From: an uncultured Burkholderiales bacterium
GTDB taxonomy: Bacteria > Pseudomonadota > Gammaproteobacteria > Burkholderiales > Burkholderiaceae_C
Assembly: GCA_903910745.1 (NCBI GenBank)
Contig: CAIWAO010000019.1
Span: forward strand, 2,018-66,017
Length of the DNA stretch: 64,000 nt
Reading direction: 5' to 3'
Shown here: positions 19,423 through 29,493 of the stretch, piece by piece
Numbering within the stretch: the first letter of the stretch is position 1
Layout of the letters: each line of letters starts with the position of its first letter
Translations under genes and position numbers: made by a program
The notes under the pieces: generated by a model
Told to the model about the DNA's origin: nothing
What the model saw: only the letters and a program-made list of their open reading frames with translations
Database searches by the model: none

Positions 19423-20610
19423 ATGTCAAGAGAAGTCGTCATTGTCAGCGCAGTTAGGACAGCTATAGGCACTTTTGGAGGAGCCTTAAAGGACACCCCA
19501 CCAACCGAACTTGCCACGACCGTAGTCCACGGCGCAATGGAGCGTGCAAAATTGGACGGCAAGGATGTAGGACATGTTGTATTCGGTCATGTGGTCAATA
19601 CTGAGCCCAAGGATTTGTATCTATCTAGGGTTGCTGCACTCAATGCGGGTTGCTCACAAGATACTCCTGCATTCAATGTCAATCGTCTTTGTGGCTCCGG
19701 TCTTCAAGCCATTGTTTCAGCCAGTCAAGCCATTTTATTAGGCGACGCAGAGATCGCAATTGGCGGGGGCGCAGAAAACATGAGCAGAGGTCCCTACCTG
19801 AGTCTGGCCAACCGTTTCGGCGCCCGTATGGGGGATTCCGTTTTACTAGACATGATGGTTGGAGCTTTGCATGATCCTTTTAACAAAATCCATATGGGAG
19901 TTACTGCAGAGAACATCGCTGAGAAATGGGGCATTTCCCGTGAACAGCAAGATGCACTTGCCTTTGAGAGTCACAAAAGGGCCGCACACGCAACCAAAGA
20001 GGGTTACTTTAAAGAACAGATGGTACCTGTAATGCTTAAGTCCAGAAAAGGCGAAACCCCATTTACCACGGATGAACATATTAGAGAGAATCCAGTGATT
20101 GAGGACTTCTCAAAACTCAAGCCCGTCTTTATCAAAGAAAATGGCACCGTGACTGCGGGCAATGCCTCCGGAATCAATGACGCAGCAGCAGCGCTGGTGT
20201 TAATGGAGGCATCCACTGCGAAAGCCAGGGGGCTCAAACCGATGGCTCGACTCGTCGCTTACGCACACGCAGGGGTCGACCCAAAATTTATGGGAATAGG
20301 ACCCGTGCCAGCAACACAAAAGGCTTTAGCTAAAGCAGGTCTAAAGATTCAAGATTTAGATGTCATTGAAGCCAACGAGGCATTTGCAGCCCAGGCCTGT
20401 GCAGTCACAAAGGACCTAGGGCTTGATCCAGCCAAGGTCAATCCAAACGGCTCTGGCATTTCCCTTGGGCATCCAATAGGGGCAACGGGTGCACTGATCA
20501 CGGTTAAAGCCCTTTATGAGCTTGAGAGAATTAAGGGCCGTTATGCACTTGTAACCATGTGCATTGGAGGAGGTCAAGGCATTGCAGCAATCTTTGAGCG
20601 TCAATATTGA
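19423..20610 (+). CDS. acetyl-CoA C-acetyltransferase (thiolase II)
   Basis: 395 aa. Active-site Cys region NRLCGSGLQA and C-terminal CIGGGQGIA. Confidence 0.9.
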   Translation: MSREVVIVSAVRTAIGTFGGALKDTPPTELATTVVHGAMERAKLDGKDVGHVVFGHVVNTEPKDLYLSRVAALNAGCSQDTPAFNVNRLCGSGLQAIVSASQAILLGDAEIAIGGGAENMSRGPYLSLANRFGARMGDSVLLDMMVGALHDPFNKIHMGVTAENIAEKWGISREQQDALAFESHKRAAHATKEGYFKEQMVPVMLKSRKGETPFTTDEHIRENPVIEDFSKLKPVFIKENGTVTAGNASGINDAAAALVLMEASTAKARGLKPMARLVAYAHAGVDPKFMGIGPVPATQKALAKAGLKIQDLDVIEANEAFAAQACAVTKDLGLDPAKVNPNGSGISLGHPIGATGALITVKALYELERIKGRYALVTMCIGGGQGIAAIFERQY

Positions 20611-20804
20611 CAACCTCACCGAACTTAGCTTGACGCTAGCGATTGCGATTGCGCGGGGAGTAAGGTGATTCCTGCTTCTAAAGGCTCAGGGGGTGATCAT
20701 AAAAGTATGGTGCTGACAAATAGCAATTGAGTTTACAAATTCAAATGAAATCCGCCTCACGTCCCCGTCCTGAAGAACCAGGTTTTACTGCGGCACGAGT
20801 GATG

Positions 20805-20831
20805 AATCCGGTCTTTAGGGCCGGATTTTTT
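20805..20831 (+). terminator. rho-independent terminator (+ strand)
   Basis: 9-bp stem AATCCGGTC / GGCCGGATT, loop TTTAG, then a T6 run. Lies 4 nt from the stop of the convergent minus-strand gene. Confidence 0.55.
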
Positions 20832-20834
20832 ACA

Positions 20835-21875
20835 TCACAAGTAACGCTCACTGGCTAAAGCGGCACCTCCAACCAGTGCTTTAAGCTTACCAATTGCTGT
20901 CTCACGGCTCATGGGTGCCATTCCACAATTTGTACATGCAATAAGGTGTTTAGGTCCAACAAATTTCAATGCGCGACCTATCGTGTCAGCCACCTCCTCT
21001 GCGGTCTCAACCACATCACTGGCTACATCAATCACACCCACCATGACGTCTTTGCCCTTTAAGAGGGAGATCAAGTCCATTGGAACTTGTGAATGCTGAC
21101 ACTCTAGACTAACTTGTTTGATGCTACTTTTAGCAAGGGCTGGGAAAATCTTTTCATACTGACGCCACTCTTCACCTAGAGATTTTTTCCAGTCGTTATT
21201 TGCCTTTATTCCGTAGCCATAACAAATATGAACTGCCGTAGTGCATGAAAGCCCCTGTGCAGCCCGCTCAAGCGCTTGAACACCCCAATCAGCGGCCTCT
21301 TCCATATAAACGTTAAACGCAGGCTCATCGAACTGGATCACATCCACGCCGTCAGCCTGAAGAGCTAAAGCCTCTTGGTTGAGGAGCTCAGCAAATGCAA
21401 ATGCCATTTTGATACGACCATCGCGCTCATTTGAGTCTTTCCCGTAATAACGATCAGCAACTGTATCCACAATCGTCATAGGTCCAGGGAGTGTGAACTT
21501 GAGCTGTTTCTTAGTGTGTGCTCTAGCCAAAGAAGCCTCAAACTTATGAACCCTCCCTTTAAGGCTAAGTGGGCCGATCACTTGTGGGACCTGTGCATCG
21601 TATCTGTTGTTACGAATACCCATGGTCACTTTGTTTTCGAAATCGATGCCTTCAACTTGTTCTAAAAAACCATGCACAAAATGTTGCCGTGCCTGTTCAC
21701 CGTCTCCCACAATGTCAAGACCCGCGTCCTCTTGCTCTTTAATCCAAAGTAGTGTGGCATCTGATTTGTAGGAGAGAAGCGTATCTCCACTTGCTCTCCA
21801 CTGGGGCCAAAGTTTATTGGTCTCAGCGAGCCAATCCGGTTTAGGCAAACTGCCCGCGATCGTGGTTTTAAACAT
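20835..21875 (-). CDS. cobalamin-independent methionine synthase family protein (MetE C-terminal-domain-like)
   Basis: Start taken at MFKTTIAGSLPKPDWL. Meth_synt_2-like, with the late HICYGY and CGMAP regions. 8-nt overlap (ATGTTTAA) with the upstream LLM gene. The track ORF extends to 21938. Confidence 0.75.
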   Translation of the reverse strand: MFKTTIAGSLPKPDWLAETNKLWPQWRASGDTLLSYKSDATLLWIKEQEDAGLDIVGDGEQARQHFVHGFLEQVEGIDFENKVTMGIRNNRYDAQVPQVIGPLSLKGRVHKFEASLARAHTKKQLKFTLPGPMTIVDTVADRYYGKDSNERDGRIKMAFAFAELLNQEALALQADGVDVIQFDEPAFNVYMEEAADWGVQALERAAQGLSCTTAVHICYGYGIKANNDWKKSLGEEWRQYEKIFPALAKSSIKQVSLECQHSQVPMDLISLLKGKDVMVGVIDVASDVVETAEEVADTIGRALKFVGPKHLIACTNCGMAPMSRETAIGKLKALVGGAALASERYL

Positions 21876-22935
21876 GTTGTACGTCTCCAAAGTTAAATTG
21901 TGTCGTTTCTGGTTTTGACTGACCGTTTTGTAAGCCAAATTCTTTTGCTATGAGCTCATAAGATTTGAATTGAGATTGTGCATCGTGACTCCAAGTGATG
22001 ATCACGATCTCATCTACCCCTAAATTTTTAGCAAGCTTTTCAATTTTCAGTTTTACTTGCGCAGCGCTCCCGACCAAAGCGTTTGCCTTTAATTGATCAA
22101 TACCGTATTGCTCTTGGGTAGAGTACTCTCGGTCCGCTTCGTCTGGATGAAGCAAAGGACCAATTCGACCTGTATTTCTATCTGTACGCCACCTTGCGCG
22201 ACTCTTGAATGCCCACCAAGCCTCCTCCTCAGTTTGTGCTGCCAACGCCCAAACACAGAGCGCGGCATTGGGCTTGGAGGGCGTGGAGGAGTTCGCGTTA
22301 GGTTTGAAAGCTTGCCTATACAGCTCAAGGGCCTGAGTGGCTCCCTGCCCCTCGGTTATGAAGTAAGCGAAGGCATAAGGCAAGCCGAGATACGCAGCAA
22401 GTTGAGCTCCGTAGTCTGAGCTTCCAAGCATCCAAACATCCGGGGAAGTGTCACTGGTTGGGTAAGCAAACACACCGTGACCTGGGTGGCCAACGGGTGG
22501 ACACTGCCCCTTAACCCACTGCATCAACTCAATGACTTGCTCTGGAAATCGGTCGGAGGCGTAGCGATCAGGATTCAGGATTTGAGCTGTTCGACCGTCA
22601 CTACCTGGCGCCCTTCCTACTCCTAAATCTATGCGTCCAGGGGCCAAAGCGTCTAAAACTCTAAATTGTTCAGCGACTTTCAAGGAAGAATAATGAGGCA
22701 ACATCACCCCAGCACTTCCAATGCGTATGCGCGAAGTTTGAGCAGCAATCGCAGCCATTAAAATTTCAGGCGCAGTTCCAATAATACTTGGATGAGAGTG
22801 GTGTTCACTGACCCAAAACCGGTTGTACCCAAGCTCTTCACAATATCTTGCAAGGTCAAGCGTCTGCCTGATTGCAAGGGATCCGCTTCGGTCTTTAATC
22901 GCAACAGATTGATCAAGTACTGAGAGTTTTAACAT
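21868..22935 (-). CDS. LLM-class (luciferase-like) flavin-dependent oxidoreductase
   Basis: 355 aa. FWVSEHH, GSAGVMLPHYS, GVGRAPG motifs of the YhbW-like group. Confidence 0.8.
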   Translation of the reverse strand: MLKLSVLDQSVAIKDRSGSLAIRQTLDLARYCEELGYNRFWVSEHHSHPSIIGTAPEILMAAIAAQTSRIRIGSAGVMLPHYSSLKVAEQFRVLDALAPGRIDLGVGRAPGSDGRTAQILNPDRYASDRFPEQVIELMQWVKGQCPPVGHPGHGVFAYPTSDTSPDVWMLGSSDYGAQLAAYLGLPYAFAYFITEGQGATQALELYRQAFKPNANSSTPSKPNAALCVWALAAQTEEEAWWAFKSRARWRTDRNTGRIGPLLHPDEADREYSTQEQYGIDQLKANALVGSAAQVKLKIEKLAKNLGVDEIVIITWSHDAQSQFKSYELIAKEFGLQNGQSKPETTQFNFGDVQHV

Positions 22936-22957
22936 TCTTAGTCGATAAATTTATGAA

Positions 22958-24619
22958 TTACTTTAATGCTTTGAATCTAGCTCGTTTGGGTTTAGCGCCT
23001 TCCTCACCTAGGCGTTTTTTCTTGTCAGCTTCGTATTCTTGATAATTGCCATCAAAGAATACCCACTGAGAATCTCCCTCGCAAGCAAGTATATGAGTTG
23101 CAATTCGGTCCAAGAACCAACGATCATGGCTGATGACCATCACGCTCCCTGCAAACTCCAACAAAGCATCCTCTAGTGCTCTTAATGTCTCCACATCCAA
23201 ATCGTTGGAGGGCTCGTCTAGCAAGAGGACATTGCCACCCGCTATCAAAGTCTTAGCAAGGTGAAGTCGACCACGCTCTCCTCCCGATAGTGTGCCAACT
23301 CTTTTTTGTTGATCACCACCGTTGAAATTAAATCGACCACAGTAAGCACGGCTGGCCATCTCAAATTTACCCACTGTCAGTATGTCGAGTCCGCCTGAGA
23401 CATCTTCCCAAACAGTTTTATCATTTGAAAGTTCGTCCCTGGTTTGATCAACAAAGGCCATCCTGACGGTTGATCCGACTTTAATCTCTCCGCTGTCGGG
23501 TTGTTGCTTTCCAGCTAGCATCCTAAAGAGCGTGGACTTACCCGCTCCGTTTGGACCAATAATTCCAACAATCGCACCGGCTGGGACTTTAAAGCTCAAG
23601 TTATCGATCAAAACTCGGTCACCAAAAGATTTGGTTACGCCTACAAACTCAAGCACTTCGTTACCAAGACGCTCTGCAACGGGGATAAAGATTTCCTGAG
23701 TTTCGTTTCTGGTTTGATACTCGTGACTTGACAACTCCTCAAACCTTGCAATACGGGCTTTACTTTTAGCTTGACGACCTTTGGGATTTTGTCGAACCCA
23801 TTCAAGTTCCTTTTTCAAAGCCTTTGATAAGGCTTCTTCGCCCTTTTGTTCTTTCTCTAATCGGTCTTGTTTTTGGCTCAGCCAAGTACTGTAGTTGCCT
23901 TTCCAAGGTATACCGTGACCCCTATCAAGCTCAAGTATCCACTCTGCTGCGTTGTCCAAGAAGTACCGGTCGTGGGTAATGGCAACAACGGTTCCGGGGT
24001 AGCGTTGAAGGAACTGTTCAAGCCAATCAACTGACTCAGCATCTAAGTGATTGGTTGGCTCATCTAGGAGCAACATGTCTGGTTTTGATAAAAGCAACCT
24101 ACAAAGTGCAACACGTCTTTTCTCACCCCCTGAGAGCTTATCAATTAGAGCCTCCCAGGGAGGTAGCCTCAATGCGTCCGCAGCAATTTCAAATTGATGC
24201 TCGCTGTCCGTACCGGCCGCAGCAATAATACTCTCCAGTTCTCCTTGCTCGGCAGCTAATTTATCAAAATCAGCATCAGGCTCAGCGTATGCGGCGTAGA
24301 TTTCTTCTAACCTATTTTTTGCGTTTAGTACCTCTTCCATCGCCCCCTCAACAACTTGCCTAACAGTGTGTGTTGGTTCTAGCTGAGGTTCTTGAGGTAG
24401 ATAACCAATTTTAAGATCTGCCATCGGCAGGGCTTCACCCTCAATTTCCGTATCCAAACCTGCCATAATTTTAAGCAGTGTTGATTTACCTGAGCCGTTT
24501 AAACCTAGTACGCCTATTTTTGCGCCGGGGAAAAAACTAAGGGAGATATCTTTCAAAATATGGCGCTTGGGTGGAACGATTTTCCCAACCCTATTCATCG
24601 TAAATACATATTGAGCCAT
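22958..24619 (-). CDS. ettA: energy-dependent translational throttle protein EttA (ABC-F)
   Basis: 553 aa. N-terminus MAQYVFTMNRVGKIVPPKR. Two ABC cassettes (GLNGSGKST/LSGGEKRR and GPNGAGKST/LSGGERGR). No TM domain. Confidence 0.9.
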   Translation of the reverse strand: MAQYVFTMNRVGKIVPPKRHILKDISLSFFPGAKIGVLGLNGSGKSTLLKIMAGLDTEIEGEALPMADLKIGYLPQEPQLEPTHTVRQVVEGAMEEVLNAKNRLEEIYAAYAEPDADFDKLAAEQGELESIIAAAGTDSEHQFEIAADALRLPPWEALIDKLSGGEKRRVALCRLLLSKPDMLLLDEPTNHLDAESVDWLEQFLQRYPGTVVAITHDRYFLDNAAEWILELDRGHGIPWKGNYSTWLSQKQDRLEKEQKGEEALSKALKKELEWVRQNPKGRQAKSKARIARFEELSSHEYQTRNETQEIFIPVAERLGNEVLEFVGVTKSFGDRVLIDNLSFKVPAGAIVGIIGPNGAGKSTLFRMLAGKQQPDSGEIKVGSTVRMAFVDQTRDELSNDKTVWEDVSGGLDILTVGKFEMASRAYCGRFNFNGGDQQKRVGTLSGGERGRLHLAKTLIAGGNVLLLDEPSNDLDVETLRALEDALLEFAGSVMVISHDRWFLDRIATHILACEGDSQWVFFDGNYQEYEADKKKRLGEEGAKPKRARFKALK

Positions 24620-24964
24620 GAAGCTATTCTCTTTCTAAAATTAGCGGGCAAAATGCCTTAAATGTTTTTCAACCTTGGATTATCGCTTTAGTTGAGTGAG
24701 AACTGCTAATGTTGGCTTAGTTGCGCAAAATGAACGTTTTAAAAGTATTTTTAGGCAAAACCAGCTTTTCGTGAGAGAATAGTGATGTTGACGCCACCAG
24801 TTGCCTCAACGTCAGCGAATTTGCTGGGATCCAAGCAAAAGATACTTTTTTAATTTTTGCACTATTTTGGTTCCAATTGTGTTTCCTGTCGGTCTTTGAC
24901 TGGATGTTACTTAATCTTTGTAACGAGTAAGACTGCTGCACGCGCTTGATATTGCGCTTATTTC

Positions 24965-26956
24965 ATGAAATTTGAAGAATTAAATTTGGCTCCTGCCATC
25001 TTAAAGGCTGTGCGCGAGCAAGGCTATGAAAATCCCACACCGATCCAAGAAAAAGCAATCCCAATTGTTCTTGATGGACACGATCTCTTAGCAGGGGCAC
25101 AAACTGGGACCGGTAAGACAGCGGCCTTCACACTGCCGTTGTTGCACAAATTAACGATGTCAAGGAGTGCCACTAATAAATTTGGTGTCTTCGGAACGCG
25201 AGCATTGGTATTGACTCCAACCAGAGAATTGGCTGCACAGATCGAGGAGTCAGTTCAGAACTACGGCAAATATCTACAACTCAACTCAGCGGTCATTTTC
25301 GGTGGAGTGGGGATGAACCCACAGATCGACAAAATCAGAAGAGGTGTTGATATTTTGGTAGCAACTCCAGGAAGACTTCTTGACTTACAACAACAAGGTC
25401 ATTTGGATTTGTCAACAGTACAGATGTTGGTTCTTGACGAAGCCGACAGAATGTTAGACATGGGTTTTATTCATGATGTGAAGAAAATTCTTGCGCTGAT
25501 TCCTCAAAACAAACAAACTTTGCTCTTCTCTGCTACCTTCAGCCCAGAAATTAAAGAGCTAGCAAATACTTTCCTCAGGAATCCACAAAGTATTCAAGTT
25601 ACGCCTAGCAACACTACGGTGCAAAGAATTCGACAAGTTGTTCATCCAGTTGGAAGAAACAAGAAGAAGGCTTTATTGGCACACATTATTCAATCCAACA
25701 ATTGGAATCAAGTGCTTGTCTTTACAAGGACCAAATTTGGCGCTAATCATGTTGCTGAGTTCTTAAATAAAACCGGTATTACTGCCATGGCTTTACACGG
25801 AAACAAAAGCCAATCTGCAAGAACTCAGGCCTTAGCTGGATTTAAAAGTGGAGAGTTACGCGTATTGGTGGCAACAGACATCGCAGCTCGCGGAATCGAT
25901 ATTGACGATCTACCTCACGTTGTCAATTTTGAGATACCTAACGTCAGTGAGGACTATGTCCACCGCATCGGTCGTACAGGGCGTGCTGGTGCAAGTGGTG
26001 AGGCTATCAGTCTTGTTTCTTTAGATGAGCAGGGATTTATGCAAGAAATCGAAAAATTCACAAATCAAACCATACCCGTTGAGAAAATTGAAGAGTTTGC
26101 TCCAGATGCAAACGAAAAGGCTGAGCCTATTGCAATGGGACGTCAAACACTTTGGGGTGGCGTTGGAAGGCCCCCCAGCAGAGACGTTATGGCCAAAGCT
26201 GCAAGAGCGGCTCGCCAAGAAATGATGGAGAGGATTAGAGATAAAAAGAAACCCACAGGTTCAAACTCTAACACCCCCAACAACTCCCCCAGACCACACG
26301 CCTCGTCCCGAAGAAATGAAGGACCGCAAAACCGTCCTAATCAACATGCAAGTGCGGCTAACGGGTACTCTGACCAACCTGTAATCAATGGCTCGAATGG
26401 CGAAGTCCCAAACGACACAAATTCACCGGCAAGAAACACCTCAAGCGATAATGGATTTGAGCAAAGAGCGCCAAGAAGCGCTCAAGCACCCCGCTCCCCT
26501 TCTGGATACGGTCAAAGAAACAATTCAAACCGCAATAACCGCCCTAATCAGCCCAGGGACTCTCGAGAAACAAGAGAGCCAAGAGAAGCAAGGGAGCCCA
26601 GGGAACCAAGAGATCCCTTCAACTCTGAGCCACATATGGCCAGAGGTGACGATGATTTTCAACCAAGAGCCAATGCGCACCTTGGCACGCAAAGCGGTGT
26701 AAATGCTTTTGGACACAAATCTAACAACTCATCACAAAGAGTACCTGATCCTACGATGACGACTGTTGACTTGATGTCACAAGGTAACAGAGGTTCTAGA
26801 AACAAGAGCCGAGGCTCCTCAAACCCCAACTCTGGTCCAAGAACAGGCGGTGACGGTGGTGGACCTGGAGGCGGTAAACGCCCCAACAGGACTCGCAGTG
26901 GCGGTGGGGGATCCAGTGGTGGCCCCAAAAGAGGACCCAGCGGATTCTCCAGATAA
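24965..26956 (+). CDS. DEAD-box ATP-dependent RNA helicase (RhlE-like) with long disordered C-terminal tail
   Basis: 663 aa. Motifs [12 protein letters not shown] (VLDEADRM), [13 protein letters not shown]. The last ~270 aa are an R/G/N/P/S-rich low-complexity tail. Confidence 0.9.
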   Translation: MKFEELNLAPAILKAVREQGYENPTPIQEKAIPIVLDGHDLLAGAQTGTGKTAAFTLPLLHKLTMSRSATNKFGVFGTRALVLTPTRELAAQIEESVQNYGKYLQLNSAVIFGGVGMNPQIDKIRRGVDILVATPGRLLDLQQQGHLDLSTVQMLVLDEADRMLDMGFIHDVKKILALIPQNKQTLLFSATFSPEIKELANTFLRNPQSIQVTPSNTTVQRIRQVVHPVGRNKKKALLAHIIQSNNWNQVLVFTRTKFGANHVAEFLNKTGITAMALHGNKSQSARTQALAGFKSGELRVLVATDIAARGIDIDDLPHVVNFEIPNVSEDYVHRIGRTGRAGASGEAISLVSLDEQGFMQEIEKFTNQTIPVEKIEEFAPDANEKAEPIAMGRQTLWGGVGRPPSRDVMAKAARAARQEMMERIRDKKKPTGSNSNTPNNSPRPHASSRRNEGPQNRPNQHASAANGYSDQPVINGSNGEVPNDTNSPARNTSSDNGFEQRAPRSAQAPRSPSGYGQRNNSNRNNRPNQPRDSRETREPREAREPREPRDPFNSEPHMARGDDDFQPRANAHLGTQSGVNAFGHKSNNSSQRVPDPTMTTVDLMSQGNRGSRNKSRGSSNPNSGPRTGGDGGGPGGGKRPNRTRSGGGGSSGGPKRGPSGFSR

Positions 26957-26968
26957 AACACACTGCTC

Positions 26969-27490
26969 TTAAATTGGCTTTTGCAAATACGCTACAACGT
27001 TATTTGCAATTTCCTTTGCAGTCTGGCTCACATCAAACGTAAGTGCCTTTTCACTCTGCTGTGGCGGCTCTAGAGTTGCAAGCTGACTCGTCAGCAGCGA
27101 AGCAGGCATGTACTGATGGCTACGCTCGGAGACTCTTTGATTTAAAACATCAAAAGTCCCTTGTAAATATACAAAGCAAATATTCGGATTTCCTGAACGC
27201 AGGATGTCTCTATAACTTTTTTTAAGAGCTGAACAGCTCATGACTAAGGACTTTTGACTGGCCTTAGCTTGAGCCAATTTTTCAGCCAATATTGCTAGCC
27301 ATTGCATCCGGTCTGAATCATTCAGCGGTTTACCAGATGCCATCTTTTGGACATTATCTGTTGAATGGTATTGATCGCCTTCAATGAATTCGACCCCCAA
27401 CTGCTCAGCTAGCAATTGCCCTACTGTGCTTTTGCCGCAACCACTCACGCCCATAACAACAAAGGCAAATTGACTGAAGTTCTCTGACAT
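26969..27490 (-). CDS. gntK: gluconokinase
   Basis: 173 aa. P-loop GVSGCGKSTVG and FIEGDQYH, typical of GntK/IdnK. Confidence 0.8.
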   Translation of the reverse strand: MSENFSQFAFVVMGVSGCGKSTVGQLLAEQLGVEFIEGDQYHSTDNVQKMASGKPLNDSDRMQWLAILAEKLAQAKASQKSLVMSCSALKKSYRDILRSGNPNICFVYLQGTFDVLNQRVSERSHQYMPASLLTSQLATLEPPQQSEKALTFDVSQTAKEIANNVVAYLQKPI

Positions 27491-27495
27491 TGCTA

Positions 27496-28569
27496 CTAAT
27501 TGATCCGAACCTGAGTGTGGCCATCAAAAAGATGTACTTTTTCAATCTTCACCCCTAGGTAGACCACATCATCGGGCTTAAGATTCACACGCCCCTGAGC
27601 TACAAGGGTGAGTGTGTCACTCCCTATCTTCAACAAAACCTCTGTTTCGGCACCCGTTGGCTCCACAACAACCACCTGTGCGCTTATGCCTGAATTTTGC
27701 TCAGCGAAGTACATATCAGTGGGTCTTGCCCCGTAATAAACCTCTGACCCTGCAGCTAAATTCACCCCCTGAGGTAGTGGCCACATTGAATCGCCAACAC
27801 ACACACAGGATTGTCCAGATTTATCTAAACCCACAGTGCCTTTAACAACATTCATAGAGGGTGAGCCAATAAACTGAGCAACAAACAAGTTACTGGGCGA
27901 GTCAAATAGATCTAGTGGACTGCCTATTTGCTCAACGATACCGTCGTGCATAACAACGATTTTGTCAGCCATCGTCATCGCTTCTATTTGGTCGTGGGTT
28001 ACATATACTGTGGTAGTTTTTAAGCGGTGATGTAGGGATTTTATTTCCGCCCTCATTGCAACTCTTAATTTGGCATCCAAATTGGATAAAGGCTCATCAA
28101 ATAAAAAAACCTTTGGATCCCTAACTATCGCTCGCCCCATAGCAACTCGTTGACGTTGTCCGCCAGATAGCTCCTTAGGATAGCGGTCGAGCAATTGATC
28201 AAGGTTGAGTATTTTTGCAGCCTCATTGACCCTCTCATCCGTCAAAGCAGTGGATGCACTGCGAAGTCTTAAACTAAAGGCCATATTCTCACGCACAGTC
28301 ATGTGAGGGTAAAGAGCGTAGCTTTGGAAAACCATTGCAATATCTCTATCTTTAGCCTCCAAATCATTGACCACTCGACCATCAATTTGAATCTCACCCT
28401 CGGTGATCTCCTCCAAGCCAGCGATCATTCTAAGGAGCGTTGATTTACCGCAACCCGATGGTCCAACTAATACGACAAACTCACCCTCTGCAATATCAAA
28501 GGTAATGCCGTGAATGATCTTGGTTTTACCGTAAGATTTTTGAATATTTCTAAAAGCAACTTCTGCCAT
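27496..28569 (-). CDS. sugar ABC transporter ATP-binding protein (MalK/UgpC type)
   Basis: 357 aa. Walker A GPSGCGKST, signature LSGGQRQR, Walker B FLFDEPLS, C-terminal regulatory domain. Confidence 0.9.
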   Translation of the reverse strand: MAEVAFRNIQKSYGKTKIIHGITFDIAEGEFVVLVGPSGCGKSTLLRMIAGLEEITEGEIQIDGRVVNDLEAKDRDIAMVFQSYALYPHMTVRENMAFSLRLRSASTALTDERVNEAAKILNLDQLLDRYPKELSGGQRQRVAMGRAIVRDPKVFLFDEPLSNLDAKLRVAMRAEIKSLHHRLKTTTVYVTHDQIEAMTMADKIVVMHDGIVEQIGSPLDLFDSPSNLFVAQFIGSPSMNVVKGTVGLDKSGQSCVCVGDSMWPLPQGVNLAAGSEVYYGARPTDMYFAEQNSGISAQVVVVEPTGAETEVLLKIGSDTLTLVAQGRVNLKPDDVVYLGVKIEKVHLFDGHTQVRIN

Positions 28570-28630
28570 TTTCTTCTTTCACTAATTAGGGAGCTTTAGG
28601 ATGGGATTAAGGTATGTATTCAAATGATAC

Positions 28631-29482
28631 TCAAGACTTAACAGCACCCGCTGTCAAACCAGACACCATGTAACGTTTAAAGGTGTAATAAATTGCTGCT
28701 GGAGGAAGTGCATATATAAGTCCAGTGGTCATTAAGAGTTCCCAAGGCGAATCATCTGCGGATAAAAAATTACCCAGTGCAACGCCTACTGTAAAAGAGT
28801 CCTCTTTAGAGAGCAACAAAAAAGCATACAAATACTCATTCCAAGCAAGCAGTAATGAATAGGTCCCAACTGCAACAAGGGAGGGAACCATTAAGGGTAA
28901 ATAGACCAATCGAAACAACTGCATTGGGGTCGCACCGTCCATTCGAGCAGCTTCATCTAGTTCGAGAGGTAATTTATCAGAAGCCTGCTTTAAGACCCAA
29001 ATTGAATAAGGAGAAGCAATCGTTATCATCGCCAAAATCAGGGACAACTGGTTATTCAGCAAGCCGTATTGCCCCATTGTCTTGTACATTGGGACTGCCA
29101 AGAATGCGGCAGGAATAAAGTAAGTGAATAAAGCCAAATTCAATACTGTGCGCCCGCCCCTCACTTTAAGTCTTGAAATTGCAAAAGCAGCAAACGTAGA
29201 GATCAGCAGTGTAAAAAATCCAACCATCAAAGCAATGAATAAAGAGTTCCACATCTGAATCCAAAAATAATTCAGATAGAAATGCTTTTGCATCAATACA
29301 AATTCAAAATTTTGAAGCGTTGGGTGAACGGGCCACAAGTGACCTGAGGTAGCAGAATCCTTAGTTGAAATAGAAAATAAGAACAAATGATAAACGGGAA
29401 TTAAAGTCCAGATAAGCAAAGGTATGCCTATTAATAGCAGTTTTGCCTCGTTAGCTATATTTTTTAGATTGAATTTTTTCAT
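28631..29482 (-). CDS. carbohydrate ABC transporter permease
   Basis: 283 aa. EAA loop DEAARMDGATPMQLFRLVYLP. Confidence 0.85.
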   Translation of the reverse strand: MKKFNLKNIANEAKLLLIGIPLLIWTLIPVYHLFLFSISTKDSATSGHLWPVHPTLQNFEFVLMQKHFYLNYFWIQMWNSLFIALMVGFFTLLISTFAAFAISRLKVRGGRTVLNLALFTYFIPAAFLAVPMYKTMGQYGLLNNQLSLILAMITIASPYSIWVLKQASDKLPLELDEAARMDGATPMQLFRLVYLPLMVPSLVAVGTYSLLLAWNEYLYAFLLLSKEDSFTVGVALGNFLSADDSPWELLMTTGLIYALPPAAIYYTFKRYMVSGLTAGAVKS

Positions 29483-29493
29483 GCCAGCTTAGG

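Noticed and set aside
20835-22957. Cobalamin riboswitch associated with the MetE-like gene
   Set aside because: The gene is internal to an ettA-LLM-MetE-like same-strand run, with an 8-nt and a 22-nt junction. There is no leader space and no B12-box-like sequence.
24717-24941. 74-aa minus-strand ORF between ettA and the helicase gene
   Set aside because: It has no motif or plausible RBS and sits in the long helicase leader. Its composition is typical of a random ORF.
26659-26961. 100-aa Pro/Gly-rich minus-strand ORF
   Set aside because: It is antisense to the low-complexity helicase tail, and the repetitive GGN/CCN codons keep the opposite frame open.
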